Positions 24,901-40,129 of a stretch of DNA of 64,000 nucleotides are shown here, piece by piece. The notes under the pieces were generated by a model. The model was not told the DNA's origin. It did no database searches and saw only the letters and a program-made list of their open reading frames with translations. The stretch comes from Balanoglossus misakiensis (taxonomy: Eukaryota; Animalia; Hemichordata). Numbering within the stretch: the stretch's first letter is position 1; the number at the start of each line of letters is the position of its first letter. The stretch is from positions 9,224,254-9,288,253 of the forward strand of contig CM082583.2 of the NCBI GenBank assembly GCA_040954595.2, given 5' to 3'. A program made the position numbers and the translations under genes.

Positions 24901-27900
24901 GTCTGTCTGGCTGTCAGTGTCTGTGCGTCTGTCCGTATCCGTGCATATATGCTATGCATGTCTTGCTACATACTATAAGTCTCACCAAGTCCGTCAGTGT
25001 ATCTCTAGTCTGCACGTGAGGAGACAATGTCGGTTGTATGAATAGAGAGGGCGCAATCCACCGCGTATCTGTCTTCAATGACCTCGCGTCAATCACGTGT
25101 GCTTTTTTTCCTTGGGGTGAGGGCAAGCTACCAAGCATAGACAAGGTTCTTGGTCTTATCCAAGTACCTGTTTCGAAGGAACGAAGTATAGTGACTGTGG
25201 TTGGGTGGGGGGGGGTGTCATAGTTTAATCTGAAAGCCCTACATGTCACAAAGTGATACAACTCAAATGCCAAGATCGTGCGTTTTTTGTTTGTATTTCG
25301 TTTTAGCGCCCTCAACCTTTCTCGAGCTCCCTTATTCTTCAATCGCGGACATTTCAGCGTGCTTGACAGTAAAAGTACAAATCACATATCTAATTTGCAT
25401 TAGTAAACACGCAGGTAAACACGCAGTAAACACACAGGTGCGCATGACCGCTGAAAGTGGGTGTGGCAACGCGCCGGTAGAAGCTCACGTGCAAACCCGC
25501 ATATTGTCTCAGTCAAAGCGGTGGTTGCCCTTTGCACGAGACTGGCTATCAGTCGCATTTATACCAGCACAAATAATCAAACTGCGTCATACCAGTAAAT
25601 CAAGAAACAAAATTATTTACAGCTGAGTGAACTCAACTTGCTGTTGAACCAGAATTCTGAATATTAGGCCATTCACACTAATATCATATCGGAGCTAAGC
25701 TCCATCAGCTCCCGCGGCACAGTTTAAAATGGAAAATTCCATTACAATTTGAAGTGTAAATAACCTAAAGTTAAATTCCATCAGTATTATTGGCAATCAA
25801 CGTAGAGAAATGGAACGGATTGAGCACTTACGTCATCATGATTATCGGATTCATAAATTATGCATATTATCCTTCTTGCTTTCTGTAGAACCCAAAGGGG
25901 GTCGTGAGATTTTTGCACGGGTAGGGGAGGTTAATAATACGACTGTTTAATCACATACAATTTAGGGGGAGGGCCGCCTGAAAAAAAATTCACCCATCTC
26001 CTTACGTCCCATCCCTCTCCCGATTATAATCGAACAGTCCCTTACTGTAGTCACCTTGCCTATTGTACTTCTTTCGTTTTAGAGCACATTAAATCATTGG
26101 TCAGGTTTTCTGCACCGGTTTTCATGTTTTCGCAAATCTAAATTCAACTCGCAGTGGCCTGTAGGATTTTGTACTACCTTTTGACAGATATGTTTGTTTT
26201 TCAGTATCCCAGCAACGAGTGGAAACGAGACACCGCTGCATGCTGTTTGCGTGACCAAAACCGCGACTCGTCGCAGGTGAACGTTCTCTGCACACAACGC
26301 GCTAAGTACCCAAACTCGTTACCGTTTTACGACACCAGTGAAATTACGTCGTTCTGTTGGCCTGACGTCACGAACAATTCCAAGAGAATATCCGCAAAGT
26401 GCAGCCTGGGATTAACCGAGGACAATTTATTGAATATTCAGTTGTGGCATCCATGGTTTCGGGGGCAAAGTACTTTGTTTTGAAAGGACGGCCAATTTAT
26501 TCTGTTTGTGGCTTTGGGCACGCATTCTATATATATCCCCCACAACAGTTCAATTCTATATAATGTTCTGTGGTTAAATATGGATCTTTCAGTATGACAT
26601 CTGTTGGATGTAGAATAGATACTACTGTATTGATATCAATTTCATTTCATGTCAAAAATCCATTAACTAACAGCATTATGGTAGTACCATAAAGACGACG
26701 AAACAGCCTGAGTTGCGTGGCTGGTGAATTTCGCAATATTTCGGGGAAAAATATCAGATTAAAATTACGAATCTGATCATAAATTGTACAATCGCTTTAA
26801 AATATGACCACCATAAGGAATAACAGCCTCCCGAAATATGCATTACAGCTATAAAACTTTTCATCATAAAAGTCGTGGCGCAAATGTGCAGAACCACTGA
26901 GGCTATATATCTGTAAAAGCTCGCAGAAACATTATTCATCGATTCGTATGCTTGCATCCGAAGGCGCGATAAGCAAAAAGTTGATAGACAAACAAATGTA
27001 TTAGGGGAAAACAAGATACATGGTTTTCTTGGCTCGAAGTATGAATGGAAACGGACAAAACAAGGTAACCCGAATGGTCGTCAATGACTCTCAGCCTCAT
27101 GTCGGTGGCAATCAACGCCACCTGCCAAGTCGTTAGATAGACCGACAGCTGAACTGTGATTGGCCTTCGGATATTTTCACCCGGTGTTTTTATGGCCTCG
27201 TGAAATAATGAAAACACAAAGACGCAATTAACATATATAGATGGTGGCATTGGGAGAAATTTCATAGAGTTTTATCATACTGGTTTATGTATATGGCGTT
27301 GAGTATTATGACGTTGGTACCAGGAAATAAAACCAGGGACGAATAATTTTTTTGGTTTCATTGGGTTTTCTAGGTTATAATGTTGTTTACCCGGATCTCA
27401 GCAGGTGCTAGATATTGGTTTAGCCGATTTATCAGAAAATTCTGAATAGTTACAAGTTGCGGCATTAGACGGGCAATACAAATGAAAATTGTTTAGAAAA
27501 AACACGCCGTCTCATTTGTACAGCGCCTGCATTGGTCGTTGGTACGTAATTTATGATTCAAATTATAGCACATTTGTATTCAACCTGTTTTAATGTTTAT
27601 ATAATTACATTGCGTAACATACGTTTCACTTACAAATATATTCTCGTCAGCCAGACCTACATACATACACATACAAGTCATACTAAAACAAATTTGTTTC
27701 GTTTTAATTACCATTGTAATTTACTCTGACAACGTTATTTGTAATTTTAATTAAACAGGCGGGGGTCGCAAAACGAATGATTCAATTTTAAATAAACGCC
27801 ATGTCATATCATGAGAGGGGGGGAGAGAGAGAGTTTCAATAAAATTGACTTTCAACAAATACAAACCCGTTTATTTAACATGACCGGGAAATCTGTCATA

Positions 27901-28964
27901 TCATAAACATAACGGTCTTTTTTGAAAACAGTGAGACAACAGATTGCAAGAAAAAATAATCCTAAATAAAAGATCAACCTAAACAACTTGAACCAAATTC
28001 TAGATTGGTTCGATTTCATCTACTATATCGAATTTAGTGTCACAAAAGGAGGAAAAGGAAGTACTATACAACGGAAATCACTTGTAACCGCGAAGGATTA
28101 ATCAATAAGTCCATCACATCATTGAACAGATTTGCCGGAGTAATTTTCAACGGGCGTTTATTTTGAAATGGAATCTGCTAAACCGAATCGGAAGAAGCTA
28201 AATTTATTTTAACTCTCGTCACCACATCGTGCTATTTTTCTAACCAGACAAGCGGGTCGTACTGAAAGGTAGGATAGATCAACCGCGACTCAACAATTCG
28301 GAGCACTTCCATTGTTGTTGTGGAAGTTGGAAAATGTCGCGCCAAATTCACAGACGACAGGTGGTGACCGACTTTTTTGCCGCTCTCCATTACCGCCTAG
28401 CGTGGGCAGACACGCACATTTCATGCATTTTGTTTTCTGAAAGACCGAACACAACAACGCAAAACCCTGAAGTCTGTGCGCCAGGAACGCAAAGGCCAAA
28501 CGAACATTGCAACAGCCGAGGCCTGGTCCTTGCGTGTACCCGCTACGACTTTTCTAGCGCTTTTCGTGCAAACGGATGGAAGTAATTCTGACAAGAGAAA
28601 GGAGACGATAAATCTTACCTTAACAGGCAAAAAGTTCTAATTCCCTTATTCCACGCTGGTACTGGTAGCGGTACGGCACTACACTGATAGCTGTGAATCT
28701 ACCTGTTATTGGCGCGGCATGTATTACAACTAACACGAACAACCTTCCAACCCAGATGTAGGTGGTCGTTAGTATTCATGGTGGTAGGACACATGACGTT
28801 ATCAATTTACATATACATTGCATAATTTTCCCACTTAAATAAAATGCCTATCATTTCGTTTTTTAATTTCGCTAAATTTAGTGATTTTTATTGTCTCAGG
28901 ATCCGAATCTGTCCCCACAACTCAGAAATCATGATGACATTTTATTTCCATCTATTTCAAGCAC

Positions 28965-29130
28965 ACCTCTCCTCCCCCCCTCTCCACTCTCTCTCTTCCA
29001 CTTTCTATCCCCCGCACACTCTCTCCCATTCTCTCTTTCCCTCCGCCCCCCCCTCTCTCTCCCTCTCTCCATCTCTCTCTTCTTCCTCTCTCCCCATTCT
29101 CTGCCTGTCCCTGTCTGTCCGTTTGTCTAT
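28965..29130. repeat. CT-rich low-complexity polypyrimidine tract
   Basis: About 165 bp that is almost entirely C/T. Confidence 0.9.
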
Positions 29131-31376
29131 GTCTGCTAACTGTCTCTGTGGCAGTGCCGGACCCTCTCTCCTATCACGTTTTAAGCATCTTCTATGCGCC
29201 ATCGACAGCAAAGTTTATTTGTTAGTGAAATTAAACCAATTAACATACTGTCGCTGATCACTTGCGGCGACCGGCTAATTAAGCACCCATTGTTCGCTTG
29301 ATGAATACACCGTCATGGCATTTTTCCAAAGTCAAAAATACGGGTAGATAGAACGCCACGATGTTTTCATTACTACTTTGCTTTTGACTCTGATAAATGC
29401 TGTTCGTGCGCCATGAGAATATCAAATATGTCTATTTACATTGAATTACTTTCAAATGGCTAGAAACTCATTCTATTTTTGTCAAATTGACCCAGCATTT
29501 TGTTCATTTATCGGATAAAGTTACATCCTTATTATTTATATTTCAAAAACAAAAAATAAACGGTGACGCCTTATTTGAATACAGTTGTGATAGAATCAAT
29601 TACATGACCTGATATCGCCAATGCCAACAGCCCTACAACGTGTCTGCATTTTGTCGATATTAGTCTTCACACGACACGGGGAAAATAATTAGCCGTCATG
29701 CGCATGTCAAGACAAGAAACCTGTCCCATAATCAAAGTGACACTTTCCAAATGAAACATCAATTATGGCAAATGTTTTCCTTTGATGTTACCAGCAAGGA
29801 TGATAGATAACGCCGTAGGGGGTTTGCAGATCCAGGCGTCGTGGCGATTGACTTTTTGTCGTTCGGTTCACTTTTAATGGCCCTGTCACTCCAAAATGTC
29901 TGTCGCTGTCCAATGTCATTCCATTTAACATCACGTTGTTGCAAATAAGCAAAGATAAAAAGGTAAGTAACGTCAACTGTATATAGGCCTATACGTGATA
30001 TAGGCGTTTGACTTCTGTCGGTAAAGACGAGATCTGATAGCGAATCCTAATTTGATGTGAGAATTCATTCACCCCATCTGCTATCATTACATAAAGTGAC
30101 ATTTTCCGCAATGGAAAAATGTCCGACTATAGCAAAATAGGCATTGCATTCTGATCTACAGCTCGGGGCCGGCGGTTATAATGAAACAAAGTTATCGATG
30201 CTACCGTAGTTACGCATGACATCAAACACAGTAATCGTCCAGATATCAAAATTCATTATGGCTTCCAGTATGAGGGCGCTCCAATACACATCAGGGCCCT
30301 TTCCTAAACACTTTATGTTCATGTCATTGCATGTTCGAGTTGAACAAACATTCCTCAAATGAGACTACGGTCGAAATTCGAGTAAAATGGTTTACAGAGC
30401 CCTCAACGGGGTCGCGTCCTTCAATTGATCAGTGGACAGGTGTTCACTCGCAAGTAGAGACAAAAATGCACAGTAAAAAGAGGAAAAACAATTACCATAA
30501 CCATGTGCAACATTTCCCATTGGTCAGCTTTAATTGCATTTCGACGATTATTATTCTATCTTTGACATAATTGCGGCCACGCGTGTTAGAGGAATTGTAG
30601 CAAAGTCCCACCGGGCGAACGCCTAAAATTAATTGCCTATTTTGGCGAATCTGAGGCAACGGTCATGCGCACTCACGCAGCTGTTGCACTTTGCAATTGT
30701 TTTCCACTTCTATGGCATGCGGGATGGCACTGGGCAATTAATGACATTATATGCCTTACTCTTACCTGCCGCTCATCACCGACGCTTCTCAACTTTCTTA
30801 TCAGATGTAATAGATAGAAGTCAATTTAATCAGAAACGAGACCATAGAATTAGGCCATGGTCGCCCTCGGCCCAGGTGTAATGATTCCCGTTAATTGATG
30901 CGGCAGGTTGGTGTTGGTACCCGAGTGTGCGTGTTTGCGTCACTGTACATCCTCGACAGACGATGTAAATTGAATTCAATTAGGAATTGTCACTTTCGTT
31001 CTCAGGTTTGCTCGCTGAAATTAATGGTGTGTTATTATATGAAATGCAATCAAATAATTAATTTGAAATGGTGAACCGATGAAGTATTAGGCAAGGGACT
31101 TGGAACAGTCGGCTTAAATTTCATTCAGGAATGGTTTTGCAAACAATGTGACCCTCGCTAATAAAAATGATAGGCTGATCACGTTTCTTCTTTCTGAAAT
31201 AAACGTTTTCCTGTCCCTTTACCGTTTGAATTCTGCAATGCACATTTTCCAACATAAACTTAATTAGAGTTGTTGATTTTATTTGACGTATTTAGCATTG
31301 CCGCCACCATCATCATCTTCGTGACCCCCGCGCCATCATCGTCACTACCACTGTCACACCATCACCATTTTCACAG

Positions 31377-31377
<1 letters not shown>

Positions 31378-31467
<90 letters not shown>

Positions 31468-31488
31468 CTACCACCACCACCACCACCA
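31378..31488. repeat. (CAT)n microsatellite followed by (CCA)n
   Basis: Seen directly; it gives the poly-His and poly-Asp spurious ORFs. Confidence 0.97.
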
Positions 31489-32549
31489 GGAGGAAGAAAT
31501 TGGAAGGAGGAAACCAACTCATAGAAACCACACTCATCTATTTCTCCAGCAAATCATTCACTGCCTTGCTACATTCAGAGATTTGCATTTAATGTAGAAA
31601 TTGTATTGTTCATAAAACATAAGCGTCGTAAATTTCCCAATGGGCTTAATGTTCCATAAACCTCAAACTCTGCCGGAAATTACATACATTTAAGTTCTTT
31701 TTTACGGGACACCACATAATAGCATTTTATCGACTACAGAGGATATCCTTTACGACCATCTACAAAGGAGAAATTATTAACTGCGATTATCAAGTGTAAA
31801 CATTGTTTTCCGTTTGGTCGTAAATAATGAGGGCTTTCACCGCGGATGATAGAAAAGAGAGTTAGTTGTTACGTTGACTCTCAGCTACCTAAGTGGATGG
31901 GTAAAAGGAAGGACCGTTGAGGGAATATCTGACTGACAAGATTGATGGGGAACCGGATAGTCTGTCTGTCTGTCTGTCATGTCTTTCTGGTGGAGTGTGT
32001 TAGTTATTTGAAACCGACATATACGTGGACAGCGAGAGTATATGGGTTTGTAGACATTCCTTGTCGATCCATTCCCTACAATTAGATGGTGTATCTGACC
32101 GAGTTATCCTTCTAGCCTTTGTGATCACTTGGTGATCAGTTGAAATGACCTACTTTCCAACCAAGGGCCGAGACCACCTTCTCTGACTGAACAAACATGA
32201 CGATTACACCTTCTGACAACACCTCTGAATAATTTACGACTCAACTTTTGCTTTCAGCTACAGAGATCATATCAGTGTCAAGGTCAGATAAATTGACATT
32301 CGTGTGGTCAACTGCAGGTAATTGTATTTTGGTTAATTACGCAGTGCGTAAACCCTACAGTCTTGGCCTCCGTTGACCCCTGAAGGAATACGACGGCTCT
32401 AAATGAAAATTATTAATCATCTCTGACAGCAGGCGACAATTATCGTATAAGTATTAAACTAAGTCACATCCCATTTCTAATCGTATTAAAAGACAATAAT
32501 GCATAATAGGACACATAAATCATTTAAATGTTGGGTGAAAGCAGTTTGC

Positions 32550-32658
<109 letters not shown>

Positions 32659-35495
32659 CACTTTGTGATAAGAGAAAGTTGTTGGACCGACATTTTGACT
32701 GGAGACGTATCACAGTCATTGTATGACCTTGATTATACATAACAGGAAGGCGTGGTAGACAGATTAAGAGAGTAATATCAGCATATATCCTCTTTGATGT
32801 TTCTAATATCTTGATGCTGTCGACAGGATATCGCTCACATTGGTCGTTAAAAGGTAAACGTACTTTTTGCCTGTTCAACACCTGAGAGTTTTGTACCCCG
32901 GGTTATAAACATTAAATTTGGTCATACAGATATACCAACTTGAATGTGAGCCACGTGTCCTTGAAATGAAAGATATTTTGTTCACTCATTTTGATCATAA
33001 CAAAAGTTTTGACGTACGCGTCTAGTGGTAGATATTCGTCAAAATTCGTTAAGTATGAAATGATTATTACAACGACAGTCCATGGAGCTATACAAATTAT
33101 AATATGTAATAAAAAACGCAGCATAAATTATTCAGAGACCGATAAATTGCATCAGTGATGTGATCAATCATCAATATTTAATTTTTCTTTCAAAATGTCA
33201 TCTAATGGACTGGAGATGTACTCAAACTTCCGGAGGCATTTTCTGTTTGTTCAGCATTTCGTATTTTTTGTATAACTCAAGTCCCGAATGTAAAACAATA
33301 GAGATTCATTTTATGTTTTTGAAGTGTTTTTGAGAAATAAGACGCTGATTACTCAAGTGTTCGCAGCGACACAAAGTTAACCATGAATGCGCGTGGGCAG
33401 CGTAACATCTCGAAATGGTGGAATAGTTGTTATTCCCACATTGTTATTCCTGAAGAAGCCTTTCTAAGCCTTGGGACTCGTGTACTAACATCACCATCTC
33501 CGCTACTTCCTGTATTAAGATTAATGTACACTTTAGAAAACACGTGTCGTAAAAAAGAGGAATTAAAGTGTAAGAAGCTTTTTTTAAATTCATCATGGGA
33601 TGGATAAATGTGTGTTAAAATTGTCGATTTACTGGAATTAAGCGCAATCCTATCCGAAGAAAGAATGTTAATGGCAAGATTATGATTACACGGTCGCTCT
33701 GTAATCCCGGGTTTCCCTAGTGTAAACACTACAACGTATTGTTTTTGCAATATAGTTTACGCTTGATAGATAATGCGTACATCATTAACACCGGTACCGA
33801 GATAATTAGGTTCGGCCGACTTGAGAATTACGGTCACCATGGCGACGTGTGGCTGCATTAGCGAGCTAATGTCTCATAACAACGGGATTCTCCACCGTGT
33901 CGGAGCTGACTCCTGAGGGAGATGAAGTTTTTTAGACTTCAAGGACTTTGTGAATTTTAGATGAGGCAGTTCGCGCGCACTATGGTCGAAGCACAGTTAC
34001 CGGTACTTCAGTAAATATAGAAAATTCAGTACATGCAGACATAAGCTCGCAACCGCCAGCCATTAAAAAAAACTTTATTCAGAGTAATGTGGATGGCCCT
34101 GTTGCATTTTCGTTGAAACTCAACTTCAAAAGAGAATTAAACCTAAAGTTGCCTTGAGCAAAAAATGAGAGAAAGTTTCGGGCGCAATAGGTTTCTGGTA
34201 GAATTTTCATTTTTGCCATTATCGGAGTACGAATCCGAGGCAGATGGCACGACAGGTATCCTGATTAGAGAGGTGCCCGGATGGTGAGTTTCACAATGAC
34301 TGAGATGAAAAAAAAATGTCCATTATCAGGAGGACGGGCCTGCCTCCAGCGTATAGTGACAGCCTATGGACCATCTGCCTTCGAGGACGCAGACTAGTCA
34401 TTAAAAGCATTTTAATACATTAAGTTACGTAAGCTTGTCTGCACCGGCGACAATTTGATCGAAGCTCTTTAATTGGAAAGTGTAATTGAAGAATTAGTCA
34501 TCCCTGTGTATGTATGTAACAGGTCTGTCCACATCGGGATTTCAATGTCCCGTATGTACGTACGTACGTTCTTCGCGTTTGCTTCAAACTATAGAGTTTG
34601 TAGATTTTGATCACCGTTTTTGTTTACAGAAGAAAAAAAATTGTAGAATTTTGTGTCTTGAAGTTACAAGACACACAGAAGCTGTACGCACGCGAACTGC
34701 CGTCATCAAACACGAGTGACGGAATTGGCAACGGACTTTGCCACCTGCGTATAGCTGTAATCGTTGATCACATCCGGGGATTGGTGTTTAACCGAGGTGT
34801 CTCGTGCGTTTAATCCGCCACCAGAGACTTACATTTTCTGAAGTAGTGTCGTTTCTCATAATTTAATATTTGACGCAAACGAGTGGGATTCGCAGTGTCC
34901 GTGATAGACAACCGTAAAAGGCGAGCTTTGGGATATTAAAAATTGTCGCGTTGCACCTGCGCTTTTACGTTCCCGCCTGAACGGCATGGCTACCTGGACA
35001 ACAAGTTCGGCCATTCTGTTGAATTATTAAGTATACAAGAGGTTCATCTTCTAGTTTTCTGCATGACAAGATGTAATGAGAATGAATGTGGGGGCGAAAA
35101 TCGCAATTTCTGGTCATTGACTCAAATGATCTTCCAGTGTTTCAATTTTCGGAGCTTCATGGCGTTCGTATATTCATAGACAATTATAGAAGGAGATGGC
35201 GTATTCTACCAGTGTATACGTTTTAGAGACAAAGTATGTTACGACTGATTCCTTTGAATTTCTATCGTACATGAAATGAAAATAACAATCAAAACTCTGA
35301 TATTTTAAACACAATCATACAACGATGTGTAGTTCAACGATTAGAAATAGGGACAGTGTAAGAAATACGTGGTAACCAACACGCGGAAACAAAGAAAAAA
35401 CATGTTTAAGGTAAGGTAAAGTTAATTAAGAAGCACACGCTCTCACCTGACACTCTGGGTCTGCCAAACTTATGACAGACGGATTGGTTTGTTGT

Positions 35496-35557
35496 GGGCC
35501 GTTGTGCGGAGCGGAGAGAGTCCTCTTGACTATGTGCTTAGTTCGAACCCCGTCCCG
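35496..35557 (+). mobile_element. Possible degenerate tRNA-derived SINE head
   Basis: A-box-like GTGCGGAGCGG near 35504 and B-box-like GTTCGAACC at 35541-35549; no complete cloverleaf. Confidence 0.25.
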
Positions 35558-38500
35558 CTATACTATGCTTCTCACTCAACAGACAGACGGGGAATAAATT
35601 AGTTATCCTATTCCATTTTACACCACGTGAACACTGAGCATGGGTTTCCTCTCAGACTCGGTAAGCCAACCTAAATGCTCCGGCCATTTGTTTGCTATCA
35701 AGCAGCGTCCGAATTGCTATGGTCATCTGTCGAGTACGTCCGCATGTACCATTCATACCGCTGGCTGCATGGGGGAATTAATCACTCACGCCCATTGTCT
35801 AGTATATCATGGCGTTAGCGTCACGCATGTATGCCCCGTCAGACATATTTCCTATGGCAGAGGTTAAATAATTAATTTGGCACATTTTACGAGTACATTT
35901 ACAACTTATAGACAATCAATTTTTTTTTCAATTTTGAATAAATTATCAATGAAAAGCGACGGCGCTGGCTTCAAGTTGGGAATGGGTGAACGCTCGCGCG
36001 AGGTTCATCTCAGGTGAAAATCTTCACTAATCGCATGGGGGAACCCCCTTGGGAGGCAATCCTTCCTGGTAGACTATATGATACATCTGCGTCCTTCATA
36101 TTTCACAAGAAGACAAAAAATGGAAACGAGTGAGGCTGAGGGCTTGATTATTTGGGCAGAAACGCCTCTAGTGGCCAGACAACCGCATCCTTTCGTTCCC
36201 ATCCATCTGAACAGAACAGAACATACATGAAAACACAACTGAGATGAAGAAAACATTACCATTCGCAATGGTTTAGGTTCTGAAAACGGGGTTTTGACGA
36301 CAGTTCTAACTTCCCAGTAGTTTTTTTTTTCGAAGTAGAAATTCGCTTACAATTTCAGTAAATGTTCGACACCGTCGTGTCGCAGGTGATCGTCGTTTAC
36401 GCGGTGTCCCGGGGGTCCAAATGGCGTATGATGATGAAACAGAAATATGTATTATAACTGTTTGTGTAGGTGTGATTAGCCAAAGGCATTTAAAATTAAT
36501 AATTTCAGATAATGTAATATCTACAATCTATCATAAGTGGTCTCACAATAATGACTGCGGGCATCGAGTAATTTTCCGACCCTGAAGTGTAGCCTTGTGT
36601 AGCGTATTACAATTTACATGTCCTTTGTAATACGTTCTAAAGTATGAATTCATTTAATTTGCAGGGTCTACTCAGTCGTAGGTTGGATGAAAGGTTACGA
36701 CAACAGCATTTGTTGTTGTCTTTCATCCGACTCACGACTGTTTCGAACAAATCAATCGAACGCATGCGGGTCATGGCTGATCTGACCAACACGTAGAGCG
36801 TGAGGGAAATACGTGTGCGTGTCTTTAAGATAGCACCAAATTAACATATCTCCCCGGTCAAAATTTACGATTCTCTTTTTTACGGATTTTGTCGTCTGCC
36901 CTTATTTGACCATCGCGGCAAAGTCAACCGACTACTCAAGCTAGTCGATTACTTTTGAGTAAACCAGTCAGACTTCGTTATCAGACGACACGTATACAGA
37001 TATGCTCTGGGATACTCTTTTCCCACAAGTGCACTTCATTTACGAGCTGCGCGCACGCACGGTGATACTTTGAACAGTAAAACCATAACATGTTTGTCCG
37101 ACGGATATATTGTCCTCCCACGTGTTTTCACCATAAAATTCGAAATCTGATGCTTCTCGGTTTAGATTATCATCTTATTACTTATTTATGTTAAATGTCA
37201 TGAGAAGTGAGAATGGATGAAATCTGAATTTGATTAGACCTACCACCATTTTGTACATTGTAGTAGTTACACTTTGAGACTGCTTTGACTTGCTATCAAC
37301 AGTTGTCACATGGGACCAAACCCGCAGGCGCAGACGGGGACGACATCCACCCTTTAAGTTGATATTTTGTTGTGGCTATGGAGGCTTAGATCTTAGATAA
37401 GGCAAACACGGCCATTTATAAATGAAAGAACGGTGCCTTGGTCTGAAACAGAGCCCTCGCCATGCCGACGCGATCTAATTTCCTTCACAGCTAACGTCAG
37501 TCATATTGCTCAACTGACATAAATATTAATTGAATTACTTAATTGACACATGCTGAATTCTCCTATACGCTTCATGTACTGTACATACAGGAATAAATCA
37601 TTCCATCATATATAGTTAATATTATCTATGAAACGATCGTCTAGCCGCTAGCAGAAGACTGGCGGTTTACGTCTGGCAAAGCTTCTGCAAACGTCCCTGT
37701 CTGTTTGCTGCTCGCCATGGCTGGCTGACAATCGTGGCCAAAATTAGAAGCAAAACACTGTTATCATAGAATTGTGTTTCTGTTTCCTGTGCGACTTTCA
37801 GCAAAGCTTCCAGAACGAAAAACCCGTCAAGGATGACTGAGGACGAGAGAGAAGTAACGCATGCGCACGTTAGTTAATGAACGGTCTGTAGAAGTTGCTC
37901 CCTTCCGAGTCACTAGCCATACCCCTCTTCTGCAACCATATAAAACACCCTAAGGGTCTAGTCTTGCAAGGCTGACACCCCGTACAATGACTCGACGTGT
38001 TCTTGATTGAAGGGCGCCGTCTGTCCACAAAAGTCATTTTCAACACCATAATACGTTCGTCACCTTTTTATTGTCCCACTGTCACGGTCTACGTCATCAA
38101 AAGCAGTCAACGCCGTGTCCCCGCTTAATTAATACTTAACGATAACAGCATTTCTTTTAATGAAAAAAGGAACCCACGGGTCTGATTCACCAGCTACTAT
38201 ACCTTGCAACTGTCCAATTTACAAATCGAACTTCCAGGTATAGATGATGATTATGGCCAATGTTTACCCTATTCTGACGGACCATAGCGCGGCAAACAAG
38301 CCGTGCGGCCGAAGCATTAAAAACCTATCAACAAAATAAACTGTTCGCTAATTGCTTTTAGTTAAAATTCCATTTCGATTAATTCCCTCTCGGAAACGGG
38401 AATAAAGTCGAGGGTAAAGTAATTATGCTGCGATTGAGATACAAGCGGGAAGGGCGGTGTTTTTTAGTTTACTTTCGGAATTCAAGTCAGACTTTTCTTC

Positions 38501-40129
38501 TTGAGAGTCGGAAAGATTATACTGTCGTTAGGCAGAGCTCAGAAATCGACATCCTTGATCTCATCGGCGTTTCTTCGCCACGTGGGCCTACTACACTCGT
38601 AAAAACGTGCACCAGCTGCAAATGGTACACTGCCTATGCTAGTTCAGTAGTTGGGCAGTAGTGGAATACATTGCGTCACGGCGAGTTCGATTCGTTCGCT
38701 TTGAAAAAACTCACTCATCGATACTCCCGCCATTGCGTGCAAGCGTTACTGACGGCTGAACCGACGGAGGCAAAGCGCGCGAAACTTGGCGCCAAATCCT
38801 TGATGTGTCGTCTGCGTTTTTAATTGTTTGCTCTTTCGGCTGCTGTCATGCAGACTGTTTTAATTTCGAACAAGAACAAAAAAGATGACCCAGAATTGAT
38901 CCAGAACGCTGCCAGCCATACGCATTATGAGTTTTACGATGGGCAATTAGCGTGTGATCACGAAGTCTACATTCATGTATCCTGGGACTTCCGATACATC
39001 AACCAACGTGAAATAATTGGGCGAAATTAACCCCTAAAATTGGTGACGGGATAACAAGAGTACCGATTCACCGCCGGACGACGGAAACAGTGGTCTATTA
39101 AACCAGTGAAGCAGCATGTTGTGTGTACGTTGTTGTGCCTGTCCCAGGCGATGACCCACTCAAAGAAAATGCAATAATGGCAACAAAATAACAGTATTTT
39201 TAAATCAGACTATAGTGAGAGGAAATGCCTACCTTATTTCAATCATCTTGAGCTTGGCAGTTGTTCAGAAACGTCCGACAGGTGAGACCGACAGGTGTGA
39301 CCAAAAAGGAGCCCAGGTTCCTCTCTCTGTGTGTGTCTCGGACTCTTACAAGTGCAGAGCGCACGCCGCGGTCATGACTGTTCAAACAGAAGCGATATTA
39401 AAATTGTCAATCGCGGGACAGTTGTGTGATAGTACACCCCCGTCCGTCAAAGGGAGTGACGAAAGTACGAATGACACTCGGCTGTCAAATGAGCGTCTGC
39501 GCGCAGCCGCCCAATTTGCATAATGCGCATCTGACATTTACAATGATGCCGTCAGGAGTTGCGGGTTCGTTGCTAAGGAACAGCAGATAAATATAGACAG
39601 CACGAATTGTATTTTTCTCTCCCTTTGTTTTTTTAATCATAAGTTTTAAAATAGAGCGTTTTCCGGAAATTTCACAGATATCAATTACGGAGGTCATATT
39701 GCGGAGATCGGTGTCAGACTACATGAACTGAAATTGGCCACGAGCAAAACGAGCGCGCTGCAGTGAAACACAATCAGAATCAGTGCGCGTGAGTAATCGT
39801 CACACATTCTCTGGCAAAACTCGTTTTCTTTCCTAAACATCTTTTTCACAATTTCAAACAAACGATTAGAAATATTGATTAGAGAGTTGGTAGCAGAAAA
39901 TGCTTTCTCCCGATCGCCGAGTCGTCATCGATTATCGGTTTATTGACGAGAAGGCCGAGAACACGTATGACGAAATTTTCTGGCTAGCTGATTGACGTAA
40001 GTTGGTCGACAGTGACAGATTTTCAGGAAAATGACAGTTCACCAAACCTCTCAATTCTTTGATTTATTGAAGCATGAGAGGAGTCTTTTTGTCTTGCTGC
40101 AGTTTACCATCTTTTGGCGGCCAGAGATT

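Noticed and set aside
25666-26044. Possible PIF/Harbinger-like termini (ggccattcacacta near 25667; aatcgaacagtccctta near 26028)
   Set aside because: The two ends are not complementary and I found no partner TIR in the window, so no element can be delimited.
28844-29257. Ser/Pro/Leu-rich ORFs
   Set aside because: They derive from the CT-rich low-complexity tract.
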